A DNA stretch of 64,000 nt from Malacoraja senta. Taxonomy: Eukaryota. A program made the position numbers and the translations under genes. Under the pieces are notes generated by a model. The model did no database searches and had not been told where the DNA came from. It worked only from the letters and a program-made list of their open reading frames with translations. Location of the stretch: positions 4,960,001 to 5,024,000 of the forward strand of contig CM075989.1 in NCBI GenBank assembly GCA_038087875.1, written 5' to 3'. The number at the start of each line of letters is the position of its first letter. Positions within the stretch are counted from its first letter, which is position 1. This document shows positions 37,843 to 51,751 of the stretch, one piece after another.

Positions 37843-39097
37843 AGAAACATAGAAACATAGAAAATAGGTGCAGGAGGAGGCCATTTGGCCCTTTGAACCA
37901 GCACCGCCATTCATTGTGATCATGGCTGATCGTCCCCAATCAATAACCGTGCCTGCCTTCTCCCCATATCTCTTGATTCCACTAGCCCCTAGAGCTCTAT
38001 CTAACTCTCTCTTAAATCCATCCAGTGATTTGGCCTCCCACTGCCCTCTGTGGCAGGGAATTCCACAAATTCACAACTCTCTGGGTGAAAAGGTTTTTTC
38101 TCACCTCAGTCTTAAATGACCTCCCCTTTATTCTAAGACTGTGGCCCCTGGTTCTGGACTCGCCCAACATTGGGAACATTTTTCCTGCATCTAGCTTGTC
38201 CAGTCCTTTTATAATTGTATATGTTTCTATAAGATCCCCCTCATCCTTCTAAACTCCAGTGAATACAAGCCTAGTCTTTTCAATCTTTCCTCATATGACA
38301 GTCCCGCCAACCCAGGGATCAATCTCGTGAACCTACGCTGCACTGCCTTAATCACAAGGATGTCCTTCCTCAAATTAGGAGACCAAAACTGTACACAATA
38401 CTCCAGATGTGGTCTTACCAGAGCCCTATACAACTGCAGAAGAACCTCTTTACTCCTATACTGAAATCCTCTTGTTATGAAGGCCAACATTCCATTAGCT
38501 TTCTTCACTGCCTGCTGTACCTGCACGCCAACTTTCAGTGACAGGTGTACAAGGCCGCCCAGGTCTCGCTGCACCTCCTCCTTACCTAACCTAACCCCAT
38601 TGAGATAATAATCTGCCCCCTTGTTTTTGCTGCCAAAGTGGATAACCTCACATTTGTCTATATTATACTGCATCTGCCACGCATCTGCCCACACACTCAA
38701 CCTGTCCAGGTCACCCTGCAACCTCCTAACATCCTCTTCACAGTTCACACTGCCACCCAGCTTTGTGTCATCCGCAAACTTGCTCGTGTTGCTACTAATT
38801 CCCTCTTCCAAATCATTAATATATATGGTAAACAGTTGCGGCCCCAACACCGAGCCTTGCGGCACTCCACTCGCCACTGCCTGCCATTCTGAAAAGGACC
38901 CATTCACTCCTACTCTTTGCTTCCTGTCTGCCAACCAATTTTCTATCCATGTCAACACCCTACCCCCAATACCATGTGCTCTAATTTTAGTCACCAGTCT
39001 CCCGTGTGGGACCTTATCAAAGGCTTTCTGAAAGTCTAGATACACTACATCCACTGGCACCCCTTCATCCATTTTACTTGTCACATCCTCAAAAAAA
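37843..39097 (-). mobile_element. CR1-clade LINE ORF2 RT + 3' end, running into an assembly gap
   Basis: VYLDFQKAFDKVPH, GVPQGSVLGP, SKFADDTKL and VRPHLEYCVQFWSP motifs; 3' tail (tttctatg)n. Confidence 0.95.
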
Positions 39098-39297
39098 NNN
39101 NNNNNNNNNNNNNNNNNNNNNNNNNNNNNNNNNNNNNNNNNNNNNNNNNNNNNNNNNNNNNNNNNNNNNNNNNNNNNNNNNNNNNNNNNNNNNNNNNNNN
39201 NNNNNNNNNNNNNNNNNNNNNNNNNNNNNNNNNNNNNNNNNNNNNNNNNNNNNNNNNNNNNNNNNNNNNNNNNNNNNNNNNNNNNNNNNNNNNNNNN
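39098..39297. other. Assembly gap (200 N)
   Basis: N run. Confidence 0.99.
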
Positions 39298-42200
39298 GTT
39301 TAAACCGAAGGTAGACACAAAATGCTGGAGTAACTCAGTGGGACAGGCAGCATCTCTGGAGGGAAGGAATTGGTGTCGTTTCGAGTTGAGACCGTTCTTC
39401 AGTTTGAAGACTGAGACATCACCCATTCCTTCTCTCCAGAGATGCTGAGTTACTCCAGCATTTTGTGTCTATCTTCGATCTAAACAGTCATTATTGGCCT
39501 GATCATGAGGAGGAACACCTTGTGTGTGGGGGGTCCCTACATCCATCTCCGAGAGGTGAGACGTGGACCAGGGGAGGGCAGAGTGAGGCAGTGTGGGGGT
39601 TTCTTGACCACATAGACCGCAGTGCTTCAGGACCACGGCTCAGCGCCAACTCCTCAAGGGCAGCGAGGAATGACCAAGAATTTCCGAATCCTGTAACAAT
39701 ACAGTAAGGCGTGGCACGGTAGAGTTACTGCCCAATAGTGACAGAGACCCCGGGATCGACCCTGACCACGGGTGCTGTCTGTACGGAGTTTGCTCATCCT
39801 CCCTGTAACCTGCATGGGTTCTCCCCCCCCCCCCCCCACACTCCAAAGACATACAGGTTTTTAGCTTAATTGGCCGGTAAAAATTGTAAATTGTCCCAAG
39901 TGTGTAGCGCATGCTCATGCAATGCTCGGTCGGTCGAAGGGTCGGTAACTCTAGATTCAAGATTCAAGAGAGTTTATTGTCATGTGTCCCTGATAGGACA
40001 ATGAAATTCTTGCTTTGCTTCAGCACAACAGAACATAGTAGGCATTGACTACAAAACAGATCAGTGTGTCCATATACCATTATATAAATATATACACACA
40101 TGAATAAATAAACTGATAAAGTGCAAATAACAGATAATAGGCTATTAAGAGTTCAGAGTTTTGTCCGAGCCAAGTTTAATAGCCTGATGGCTGTGGGGAA
40201 GTAGCTATTCCTGAACCTGGTCGTTGCAGTCTTCGGGCTCCTGTACCTTCTACCTGAAGGTAGCGGGGAGATGAGTGTGTGGCCAGGATGGTGTGGGTCC
40301 TTGATGATACTGCCAGCCTTTAAACTCCCTCTGGATAGCCAGGCACCTTTCATGCTAAGGGCTCCCGGCTACTTGCAATGTTTACCTCAGGCACTTCAAG
40401 ATATACGATGCTGCATCTCATTAACAGTGAAAGTCTCCCACTACCACCATCCTCACGGAGATCATTTGCCAGAGTCAATGGAATGTTTCCCTTTCCGATC
40501 TGTTTGCCACCATATGATGGCAAGGTGAGACGTGGACCAGGGGAGGGCAGAGTCTCACCTCGGCCATGCCACCATATGATGTCTGGCCGAGCATCACGCA
40601 CCAATTCATTCACACAGTTCATATATTTTAGCTTGAAGGTGAAGTAAATCTATCATTGAGTGGGCTCATTAAGGGCGGAGCAAGACGTCACATCTTGGGA
40701 ACTGCCTTCCCCTCAGTAACAATAAAACTAAGACTTCTTTGTATGAATAAACAGCAGAGAACGGCTCAAAAGCCCCACAGTGCAAGGGATTAAAAAAAAA
40801 AAATAAGCCTGAGAAACATCAAACATGTTTAATATTCAAGAGAGAGTTGGATGTGGCTCTTAGTGCTAACGGCATCAAGGGAGATGGGGAGAAAGCAGGA
40901 ACGGGGTACTGATTTTGGATGATCAGCCATGATCACATTGAATGGCGATACTGACTCGAAGGGGTGAATGGCCTACTCCTGCACCTATTTTATATGTTTC
41001 TATCAGACCCATAAACCAAATGGAATAGACATTAAACAGTTTCGTACAGAAAACAAAGCCTTTAAATGGATTGTAAATTAAGAATAGATGAATAGATCGG
41101 GTAGATGCAGAGTCTCTTGCCCAGAGTTGGGGAATCGAGGAGCAGAGGTTTAAGGTGAAGGGGAAAAGATTCAATAGGAATCTGAGGGGTAACTTTTTCA
41201 CACAAATGGTGGTGGGTGTATGGAACAAGCTGCTACAGGAGGTTGTTGAGGCAGGGATTATCACAATGTTTAAGAAATGGTTAGACAGGTACATGGATAG
41301 GACAAGTTGGAGGGATATGGGCCAAACACAGGCAGGTGGGGCTAGTGTAGGTGGGACATTGTTGGCCATTGTGGGCAAGTTGGGCCGAAGGGCCTGTTTC
41401 CCCACCGTATGATTCAATAAAGTGTCTGCTTCATCTTGTCCATGGGGCTCAACAGAATCCATTGCCTGCCACAATAAAGACAGGTCTGAGTGTTGAATTA
41501 TTCTGGTTGCTGGATTCGCTCCAATCTCTGCTCGAAAGTGAGTTTACTTCAACTGACAGAACAACCAACGTCACATGTGGTAAAATTATTCACACTTTGC
41601 ACTGAAAACATAAACATGAGACCTAAAGCTGAATGCTGGCGCAATGCAGGTGTGTTTATCATCTGGTACACTCTTACTCAGTCTTGACCAAACCTGATGG
41701 ATCGCTGAGCACAGAAATATTGACAGCCCTTTCAGTGTGAGACCAAGGGAGTGCACAGTGGAGGGTGTAGTCTGTGCTTCAAGTAAGATGCTGCTTCTTC
41801 TCTCTGCTGGAATCGAAACATCAATGACAGTATGGAATCAGAAACGAGGAGGAAGGGTCCCAATCCGAAACGTCACCTATTCTTTTTCTCCCAAGATGCT
41901 GCCTGACCCGCTGAGTTACTCCAGCACTTTGTGTTGATATGTGCGGGTATGTACCTGGAAGCCATTTCTTCTTTGTACCTTTTCATACCTCTCGCTTCCC
42001 TCTCCCCGACTCTCGGTCTGAAGTTACTCGCTGAGTTACTCCAGCATTTTCTGTCTATCGTCAGTGTAAGCCAGCGACTGCTGTTCCTTCCTACACTCCA
42101 ACTCAAGTTATTGTGCTCGGCAAAAGAAGCAAAGTGCTGAAGTTGTCAACTTGAATTGGCCCATTAGTGTGCAGGTAACGTGAAGTGAACAAAATGGAAC

Positions 42201-42349
42201 TAATGCAAATGGGTGACGGACAATCAGTAGGAACTCGACGGGCTGAAGGGCCTGCTTCCACCTTCAGTGAATCTGTGACTATTTTGAAAGTGTAAATCAC
42301 AGCCACATTTGGTGCCAAACCCAATATTTACGTCTCATTTAACAAGGTT

Positions 42350-42521
42350 AAAGACAGATTATCTCTGCATTATCACACTGCTGTTTGTGGGACTTTGCTA
42401 CATGGAAATTGGTCGCAGTGTTGCCATGGAAACCGCACTTCAAAGGAACTGAACTTGTGATAAAGCACTCCAATATGCCCTGTAATAATGAAACCACGCA
42501 TGGAAATCCAATGCGTTTCTT
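42350..42521 (+). mobile_element. Possible ancient Deu-domain SINE (AmnSINE1/SacSINE1-like) 3' remnant
   Basis: cattatcacactgctgtttgtgggactttgct...cacttcaaagg...taaagcact resembles the DeuSINE consensus as I recall it; not aligned. Confidence 0.45.
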
Positions 42522-43322
42522 GTAATCTGGCACTGAGGCGTGGGCAAGTTTCATGCATGTCCGTGGAGGCATGGCCTGACGGCTTTTAATCATTGCCTTG
42601 GGTTCTAAAGCGAGGGGGAATGGGTCCACAAACAAACACAGGTGTGGAGGAGGGGGAAGGAACATGGGGGGGGGGGGGGGGAGATGGTGGGAGAAATGTG
42701 TGAGCAATAGGGGGGGGGGGATGTTTCACTTGAACTTGGTGAATTCAATTTTCCTGAGTTTCATTTATTGTCACGTGTGCCGAGGTACAGTGAAAAGCTT
42801 TTTGTTGCGTGCTAACCAGTCAGCGGAAAGACAATACATGATTACAATCGAGCCATCCACAGTGTGCAGATACATGATAAAGGGAATAAAGGGAATACAT
42901 ACCGTTTGGTGCAAGATAGAGTCCACTAAAGTCCGATCGAAGATAGTCTGAGGGTCTCCAATGAGGTAGATCGTAGCTCGGGGCTGCTCTCTAGTTGTTA
43001 GTAGGATGGTTCCGTGGCCTGACAAGGGCTGCCTGATGTACTGTGGAGGAAGGAACTGTAGATGCTGGGTTACACTGAAGATAGACACAAAAAGCTTTAG
43101 TAACTCAGCGGGACAGGCAGCATCTCTGGAGAAAGGAAATAGGCGATGTTTCGGGTCAAGATCCTTCTTCAGGCTGAGAGTCAGTGGATAGGGAAACAAG
43201 AGATATAGACAGTGATGTAGAGAGATACAGAACAAATGAATGAAAGATATGCAAAAAATGTAATGATGATAAAGGAAAGGTGGAGCCCACATGACATATG
43301 TTGGGTTGTAAGCTACCACTGT

Positions 43323-44983
<1,661 letters not shown>

Positions 44984-44984
44984 G

Positions 44985-46810
44985 GCCGGGCAAGTGATAG
45001 GTGGATACAGGTGAGGGGGGGGGGGGTGGGTTGACTGTCAGATGGGTGGAGCAAGTGACAAAGGCTAGAGGTGAAAAAGAGAGAAAAGGGTGTCAGATAA
45101 GGAGGAGGGAAGAGCACTGCAATGTAACGTCAGAGGGAGGGATATTGGTGTCAGGGGACAGCAGATCCCTGGGGATGGGAGATGCAGCACAGAGGAGGGG
45201 AAGAAAGTAAGCTGACTGAGGTGGCGGGAGAAATGTGCGCACACAAGGTAGAGGGGTGTTACTTGAAAGAGGAGAATTCAATGTTCATACCATTGGGTTG
45301 TAAGGTACCCAAGCGGAATATGAAGTGCTGTTCATCCATGTTACACTTGGCTTCACACTGGTAATGAAGGAAGCCCTGGACAAAAACGTTGGTATGGGAA
45401 TTGGAAGGGGAGTTAAGGGCCTGTCGCACTTGTACGAACTAATTGCCGATCTCTGCCGAGTTTGCCCTTGACTCATACTCGCAGCATGGTCGTCACAAGG
45501 TCGTAGGGGGTCGTAGGAGATCGTAGGTAGGTCATAGCAGGCCGTGATGCTCGTAGTCGTAGGTACTCGTGGCATCAAGTAGGTCGGGGCGTTTTTTCTA
45601 GCATGATGAAAAATGTCCACGAGTAAAAAAGGTCGTGAATTAGGTCGTGAAAGTGGGACAGGCCCTTTAATATGGTTAGTGACTGAGAGATCCAGCAAGC
45701 CCTGGCGGACAGAGCGCGTGATCGGCAAAAACAGTGGCCTCATCTATGCTTGGCCTCGCCGATGTAAAGGAGGTCAAGTTGGGAACTGCAAATGTAGCGA
45801 ATGTGGTTTGAAGAGGTGAATGCAAACCGTGGTCTCATTTGGAAGAGCTGTCGGGGTGGAAGTGATAGGGGAGGTGAAGGGGCAAGTGTTATACCTCCTG
45901 CAATTGCAGGGGAAAGTATTTGGGGAGGGAGGGAGTGGCTTGGGTGAGAAGGGACGGGTGAAGCAAGCATTGTGGAGGGGGGCGGTCTCTGCAGAAGGGC
46001 GATGGGAAGATGTGACGGGTGGTGGGATCACATTGAAGGTGGTGGAGGTGTTGGGGAATGATGTTTTGGATGCGGAGGCGGGTGGGGTGAAAGGTGAGGA
46101 CCAGGTGAACTCTCTCCTTGTTCCACCTGGTGGGAAGGGGGAGCGAGAGCAGAACTGGGGGAACACGGAGGAGGCACGGGCGAGGATCCATCTCTGACAT
46201 CAAGGGAGAAACCACCTTAAGATTGAGGACATCTTGGATGTCGCAGATTGGAAAATGTCATCTTGGGAGCAGATGCGGCAGAGACATGGAAAACATGGAA
46301 AACATGGAGATAGGAAACATGTTCCCGATGTTGGGGGAGTCCAGAACCAGGGGCCACAGTTTAAGAATAAGGAGTAAGCCATTTAGAACGGAGACGAGGA
46401 AACACTTTTTCACACAGAGAGTTGTGAGTCTGTGGAATTCTCTGCCTCAGAGGGCGGTGGAGGCCAGTTCTCTGGATACTTTCAAGAGAGAGCTAGATTG
46501 TGCTCTTAAAGATAGCAGAGTCAGGGGATATGGGGAGAAGGCAGGAACGGGGTACTGATTGGGGATGATCAGCCATGATCACATTGAATGGTGGTGCTGG
46601 CTCAAAGGGCTGAATGGCCTATTCCTGCACCTATTGTCTATTGTCTATTGAGACGGAAAATTTGAGAGTAAGAGATGGCATCCTTGCCAGAGGCAAAGTT
46701 GGAGGACGTCTAGTCAAGGTAACTGTAGGAGTCAGTGGTTACTGAAGAAAGAGGACATCTCAGATGTCCCGAGTAGAAAGCCTCATCTTTGGAGCAAATG
46801 CAATGGAAGG
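44985..46810 (-). mobile_element. Degenerate Penelope-like element, interrupted by a MITE (45416-45666) and a CR1 3' end (46310-46650)
   Basis: LVLTFHPTRLRIQNII...FPCNCRRYNTCP...LYIGEAKHR; same family as 26198-27140. Confidence 0.8.
45416..45666. mobile_element. Harbinger-type MITE (251 bp) inserted in a Penelope-like element
   Basis: TIRs AGGGCCTGTCGCACTT and AAGTGGGACAGGCCCT; TTA TSD at 45413-15 and 45667-69. Confidence 0.85.
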
Positions 46811-47258
46811 TGTCTCCTGCATTTACTCTAGACTAAGGTCATAGGTTCCAGGAGCAGACCAAGACCATTCGGCCCATCAAATCTATTCCGCCATTCAATC
46901 ATGACTGATCTATCTTTCCCTCTCAACCCCATTCTCCTGCCTTCTCCCCGTAACCCAGATCCCCTTACTAATCAAGAATCTGTCAATCTCTGCCCTAAAC
47001 ATATCCATTGACGTGGCCTCCACAGCCATCTGTGGCAATGGATTCCACAGATTCACCACCCTCTGACTAAAGAAATTTCTCCTCATCTCCTTTTTAAAGA
47101 AACGTCCTTTTATTCTGAGGCTGTGAACTCTGATCCGAGACTCTCCCTCCAATGGAAACATCCTCTCCACATCCACTCTATTCAGGCCTTTCACTATTCG
47201 GTAAGTTTCAATGAGGTACCCCCTCATCCTTCTAAACCCACTAACAGTCCTTTAGCTT

Positions 47259-47421
47259 TTAAGAAGGAACTGCAGATGCTGGAAAATCGAAGGTAGACAA
47301 AAGTGCTGGAGAAACTCAGCGGGTGCAGCAGCATCTATGGAGCGAAGGAAATAGGCAACGTTTCGGGTCGAAACCTTTGGTTTCGGCCCAAAATGTTGCC
47401 TATTTCCATTGCTCCACCTTC
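47259..47421. mobile_element. Fold-back Penelope-tail mini-element with 16-bp TSD
   Basis: AACAGTCCTTTAGCTT at 47243-58 and 47422-37. Confidence 0.82.
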
Positions 47422-47469
47422 AACAGTCCTTTAGCTTCTGGCCAGATTGTGAGCTTCAGGTTCCAAGGC

Positions 47470-48485
47470 ATTAATTAGGTATGTTACAATACTTACCTTC
47501 AGCGGCGCTGCAATTCTGCCACTGGCCGTGTGCGTGATTTTGGCGCCTTTAAGGGGGGGCCGGGGTTGAAACGCGGGTTTCTCCTACCTTGTCCTGTATT
47601 ATATTTCGTTGGAGTGCAAGCATTTGCTGAAAAATCGTTCCTACGGGCGTTTTGTGTATTTTTTATTTTTATTCGATCGACAATGTCAGCGCTGGAGTCA
47701 TTTTAAAATCAGCTTCGAAAGCCGTCAACGCCGACAACGGGGACGGATTTCACACACGGGACAGGTAAACAAAAGCAGTTTATTTTTTTGTATAAAAGTG
47801 CTTCTTAAGAAGCCTTTAATTCATATTTTTTCATGCGAAACGGTGATTCTTTTCCCCGAACTAACGGCAGAATTTTCCATGCCGATATGGGGTTAAATTC
47901 ACCGCAAATCAACATTCCAAATGATCGCGTTCCAGAAAACCCCACTCGCAAGATGATTTAAATGGCCATTAATTTACAGGTATTAAACATTCAATTCCTT
48001 CCATTTGGCCTGTAAATCCATGACAATGAGATTTAAAAATTATGTTATTTGTGAATTCTTGTGTGAATGTTATTTGGACACTTAGGCTATTTAAAAATGT
48101 TAATCTATTCTTAAAAAATTTATAGATGTTTAGATCTAGTAATTGAATTTTGTAATTAGCTACAATTAGGTAACGAACTAATTATATGCTTTAATTTCAT
48201 GTCATCTAAGTAAGATTGTTTCATATTTGTTTCAGAATGCTTCAATCTATAATAACTGAAAATTTCTTTCAGTTCTCTTAATTTTTAAGAAAGTTATGGG
48301 CTTTTGACTGTCCTCGATCACAGCTTTTGTGTTAAGTCAATGGAAAAGCAATAGGGGACAAGATGCTAATTTCCGAGTATGAAAATGGCCATAACTTTTT
48401 TAATACTGAAGATATGAAAGTGAATCAAGTGTCAAATTAAACTTCTTTTTATGCTTTATCTGATGGGATAAATTGCAGACTTTAT
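47470..48485. repeat. Unclassified probable interspersed repeat (DNA-transposon-like: CpG-rich left part, very AT-rich right part)
   Basis: Sharp compositional break from the flanks; no TIR pair or TSD resolved. Confidence 0.35.
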
Positions 48486-48801
48486 TTGTGGTGAAACATT
48501 CACATTAAAATGACAGCCAAGAACACACACCAACCCCACTACCTCCTTATGAGACTGAGGGGATTTAGCACGGATCCAATGACTTATACAAACTTCTACA
48601 GTTGCACCACAGAAAGCAGACTGTCAGGTTGTGTAAAACACTAAACCCATATTCCCTGTATCATGAATCTGTACACTGTGGACGGCTCAATTGTAATGTG
48701 TAGGAAAGAACTGCAAGGTGCTGGTTTTAAATCTAAGGTAGGCACAAAATGCTGGAGTAACTCAGCGGGACAGGCAGCATCTCTGGAGAGAAGGAATGGG
48801 T

Positions 48802-48829
48802 GACGTTTCGGGTCGAGACCCTTCTTCAG
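48802..48829 (-). ncRNA. Minimal hammerhead ribozyme motif (consensus copy)
   Basis: Exact core. The host element 48698-48842 is flanked by an ATTGTAAT duplication. Confidence 0.7.
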
Positions 48830-49297
48830 ACTGATTGTATTGATTGTAATCATGTATTGTCTTTCCGCTGAATGGTTAGAACGCAACAAAAGCTTTTCAC
48901 TGTACCTTGGTACACATGGCAATAAACTAAACTAAACTAAACAAAAAAAAGACACAAAGTGCTGGAGTAACTCAACTGTTCAGGTGGCACCTCTGGAGAA
49001 CATGGAAAGATCTCTGGAGACATGGAAGAATTGCATCACAACGTTTTCTGGGAAGAGCTTTACCTAAGACTGTCAGAAATTACAGAGAGTTGGAGATGTA
49101 TTCAAGAGATACTGGACGTATCTGGAAATACCGGATGCATTCCAGAGAGAGTTAGATTTAGCTCTTAGGGCTAACATAATCATAGACGTCCCACCCCAGT
49201 CTCTCCTCCTCCTCCCCGTTCCCGTTGGGCTAAAGATACAGGACCTTAAGGTGTGCATCACCAGACTCAGGAACAGCTTTTCCCCCTCTGTTATCAT

Positions 49298-50196
49298 TAG
49301 AGCCAGGATTTTGCCATCAATGCCATAGTTGCCTTTTCATGACTTTTTTGATGATTTCACCAAGATAATGCCTTTTTCACGATCGATTGCCGAAATCAGG
49401 CCTTTTTATGCCGTTTTGCTAAAAGGTCGTGCTATTTTCTCTAATTGTACCGTGATTACAATGACATTTTCTATGTTAACACTATGTTAATATTAATGGT
49501 ATTATTAACGTGTTAACATTGTATAAATTACAAGAAAATTTCCACCACCGGGGCGAAACCGGGGGCGTCACCGTCGGTCGTTCATTCGTTCGTGTCGCTG
49601 CCTGCTGGTTCAGTCTTCTCCAAAATCTATTTATTGCTTCCAATTTTGCAAACTTCCCGCAAGCTACCACTTCCCTTGAGAAACGTGGCGAAACATTAGT
49701 GAATAACTTGCAGGTTTTCAACAAAGTAACTGACGATATTCATAAAGTTCCTGGCGATGTAGGTAAAGATATACAAGGAAAATGTGAGAGAGTGATTTTA
49801 GCTAACAAAGATCTTGAAGAAATACAAAACATCGCGAAAGTTCTCAAAGGTAGTTGTAATGAACAAGATATCGACATGAATATAGAATCTGTAGCTTGTT
49901 TTGGGTATGGACCAGTGACCTCAGCTGAGGTTGAAAGATGTTTTTCACAACTGAAGCATATTCTGTCTGACAGACGGCATAGTTTAACACCAGATAATTT
50001 GAAAAAAATGCTAGTAATTATGTGCAACCAGGCAACTTTGGTAATTTAATGTAGAATACCTTTATATTATCATTTTAAACCATATTTTGGAGGTTGAAAT
50101 ACATGCCTTTTTATGCATTTTTTGTCAATAAATGCCTTTTCGTGCCTTTTTTGTAATTGTATTATGCCTTTTTAGTGCCTAAACATCCTGGCTCTA
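49298..50196 (+). mobile_element. Internally deleted hAT DNA transposon (899 bp) with transposase C-terminal remnant
   Basis: TIR TAGAGCCAGGAT at both ends; 8-bp TSD GTTATCAT (49290-97 and 50197-204). ORF 49510-50049 carries the hAT dimerization motif PVTSAEVERCFSQLKHILSDRRHSLTPDNL. Confidence 0.9.
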
Positions 50197-50564
50197 GTTA
50201 TCATGCTTCTGAACGATGCTTCCATAAACCAGGGTACTGTCTGATTCACCTCTACCCCATTGTGGTTATTAGACTGTCTATGAAACTGATACACTACAAT
50301 GCTGAGAACTATATTCTGCGCTCTACATCTCCCCATTCACACTGTTGTTTGTAGTTGAATTTACCTCGGTACATGTGACACTAAAACATGAATTCACTAA
50401 CGGATAATTGCTGCAATCAATGTCCCTGGTGACCCTGATGAGATCAGATACTTGTTGTTCCGAACTATTGCTCCTGTGTTCTGTGGTTTTACCGACTGGC
50501 GTCAAGGGTGTGGACAAGATGTGTGGGCCTGCCCCTCGGTCACAGCAGTGTTCGGCTGGGCTGG

Positions 50565-51075
50565 TTTTTTTTTAAATTACAGAGATAAATGTAATTAATT
50601 ATTACAAGAATAATATATACAAAACAAAACGATACCAGACAAACCCACCACCACGATGCAAAATCACCCAGTTATCTAAACAAATATTCTTAAATGTCAA
50701 AAAAACTATTAAATAACTATTTCCCCATACTTATTAATGATGCATTTCACCCCCCACGGTGCCCAGCGGTCCCGGAAATCCCCCAGGGCACCCGTGGACA
50801 GCGCGTAGTCCTTCTCTAACACCACCCGGGCACGGACGTAACCCCGGAAAAGGGGCAGACAGCTGCCTCTTCCGCCTGGCGCCGTGACTCGCGGATGGCC
50901 AGCTTGGCCAGGCCCAGGAGCAACCCAACCAGGACATCTTCTGCCCTACCCTCTCCCCTGCGCACAGGGGTGTCCAAAGGTGAGGTTGGTGGGTTGTGTT
51001 AAACGGAACCTCGTCCTACACTTGCCAGCAAGGAGCTTCACTTTGCCAAACGTGAAGCTCCGAACTGCAGTCATC
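50565..51075 (-). mobile_element. Tx1-like LINE 3' end
   Basis: The minus strand reads VLVGLLLGLAKLAIRESRRQ...CLPLFRGYVRARVVLEKDYALSTG...FRDRWAP and ends in an A-rich tail. A second copy lies at 37607-37840 (+). Confidence 0.7.
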
Positions 51076-51224
51076 TAAAGGCACCTTGTCCATGCATCTA
51101 CTCCCACAGCATTTAGACAAGGACACTGCAAAGATGCATGGACAAGTGGAGGTATATCTTATAGAGGTGGATAAAACCATCAGGGGAATGGATAGTGTCA
51201 GAAGAAACTGCAGATGCTGGTTTA

Positions 51225-51751
51225 AGGGGCTGTCCCACTGCGGCGACCTAATCCGCGAATTCAGAAGAGTTTGCTCTCGACTCATACTCGTAGCACGGTC
51301 GACACGAGGTCCTAGGAGGTCTTTGTAACTCTCCTTCATGCTCGAGAGTGGTCTCCGTGTACTCGAGGCCTCAGCTAGGTCGCGGCGTTTTTTTCAACAT
51401 GCTGAAAAATGCCCGCGAGTAAAAAAAGGTCGACATGGAAAAAATCGATATTTTTTTACTCGTAGGTTTAGTCGAAGTCGGTGGTAGTAGGTCGGCATGT
51501 TAGTCGTAGGTAATCGAGGGTAGTCGAAGGTAATCGAAGGTAGTCTTCATCATAGTCAAAGGGAGGTCGAAGGAATGTCGATGGGAGGTCGAAGGAGGTC
51601 GTCTTCACTCTCCACTATTCGGTGTCCAATTTTCCCGAAGCTGGTCTTCCACATTGTCGAAGGAGGTCTTCAACATGACACTTTTTCAAACTCTCCTAAA
51701 CTCTTCTAAACTCGCCAATTATGTCGCCGCAGTGGGACAGGCACAGCCCCT
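51225..51751. mobile_element. Harbinger-type MITE (~527 bp) nested in a Penelope-tail element
   Basis: TIR AGGGGCTGTCCCACTGCGGCGAC; TTA TSD at 51222-24 and 51752-54. Highly similar to 60159-60663. Confidence 0.85.

Noticed and set aside
38227..39426. ORFs spanning N runs (also 61130-61898)
   Set aside because: They are joined artificially across assembly gaps; the real parts are CR1 ORF2.
40378..40647. ORF containing LPPYDGK, similar to TLPKYDGK of the last RLBP1 exon
   Set aside because: The surrounding residues do not match, it lies upstream of the penultimate exon, and it overlaps a local fold-back.
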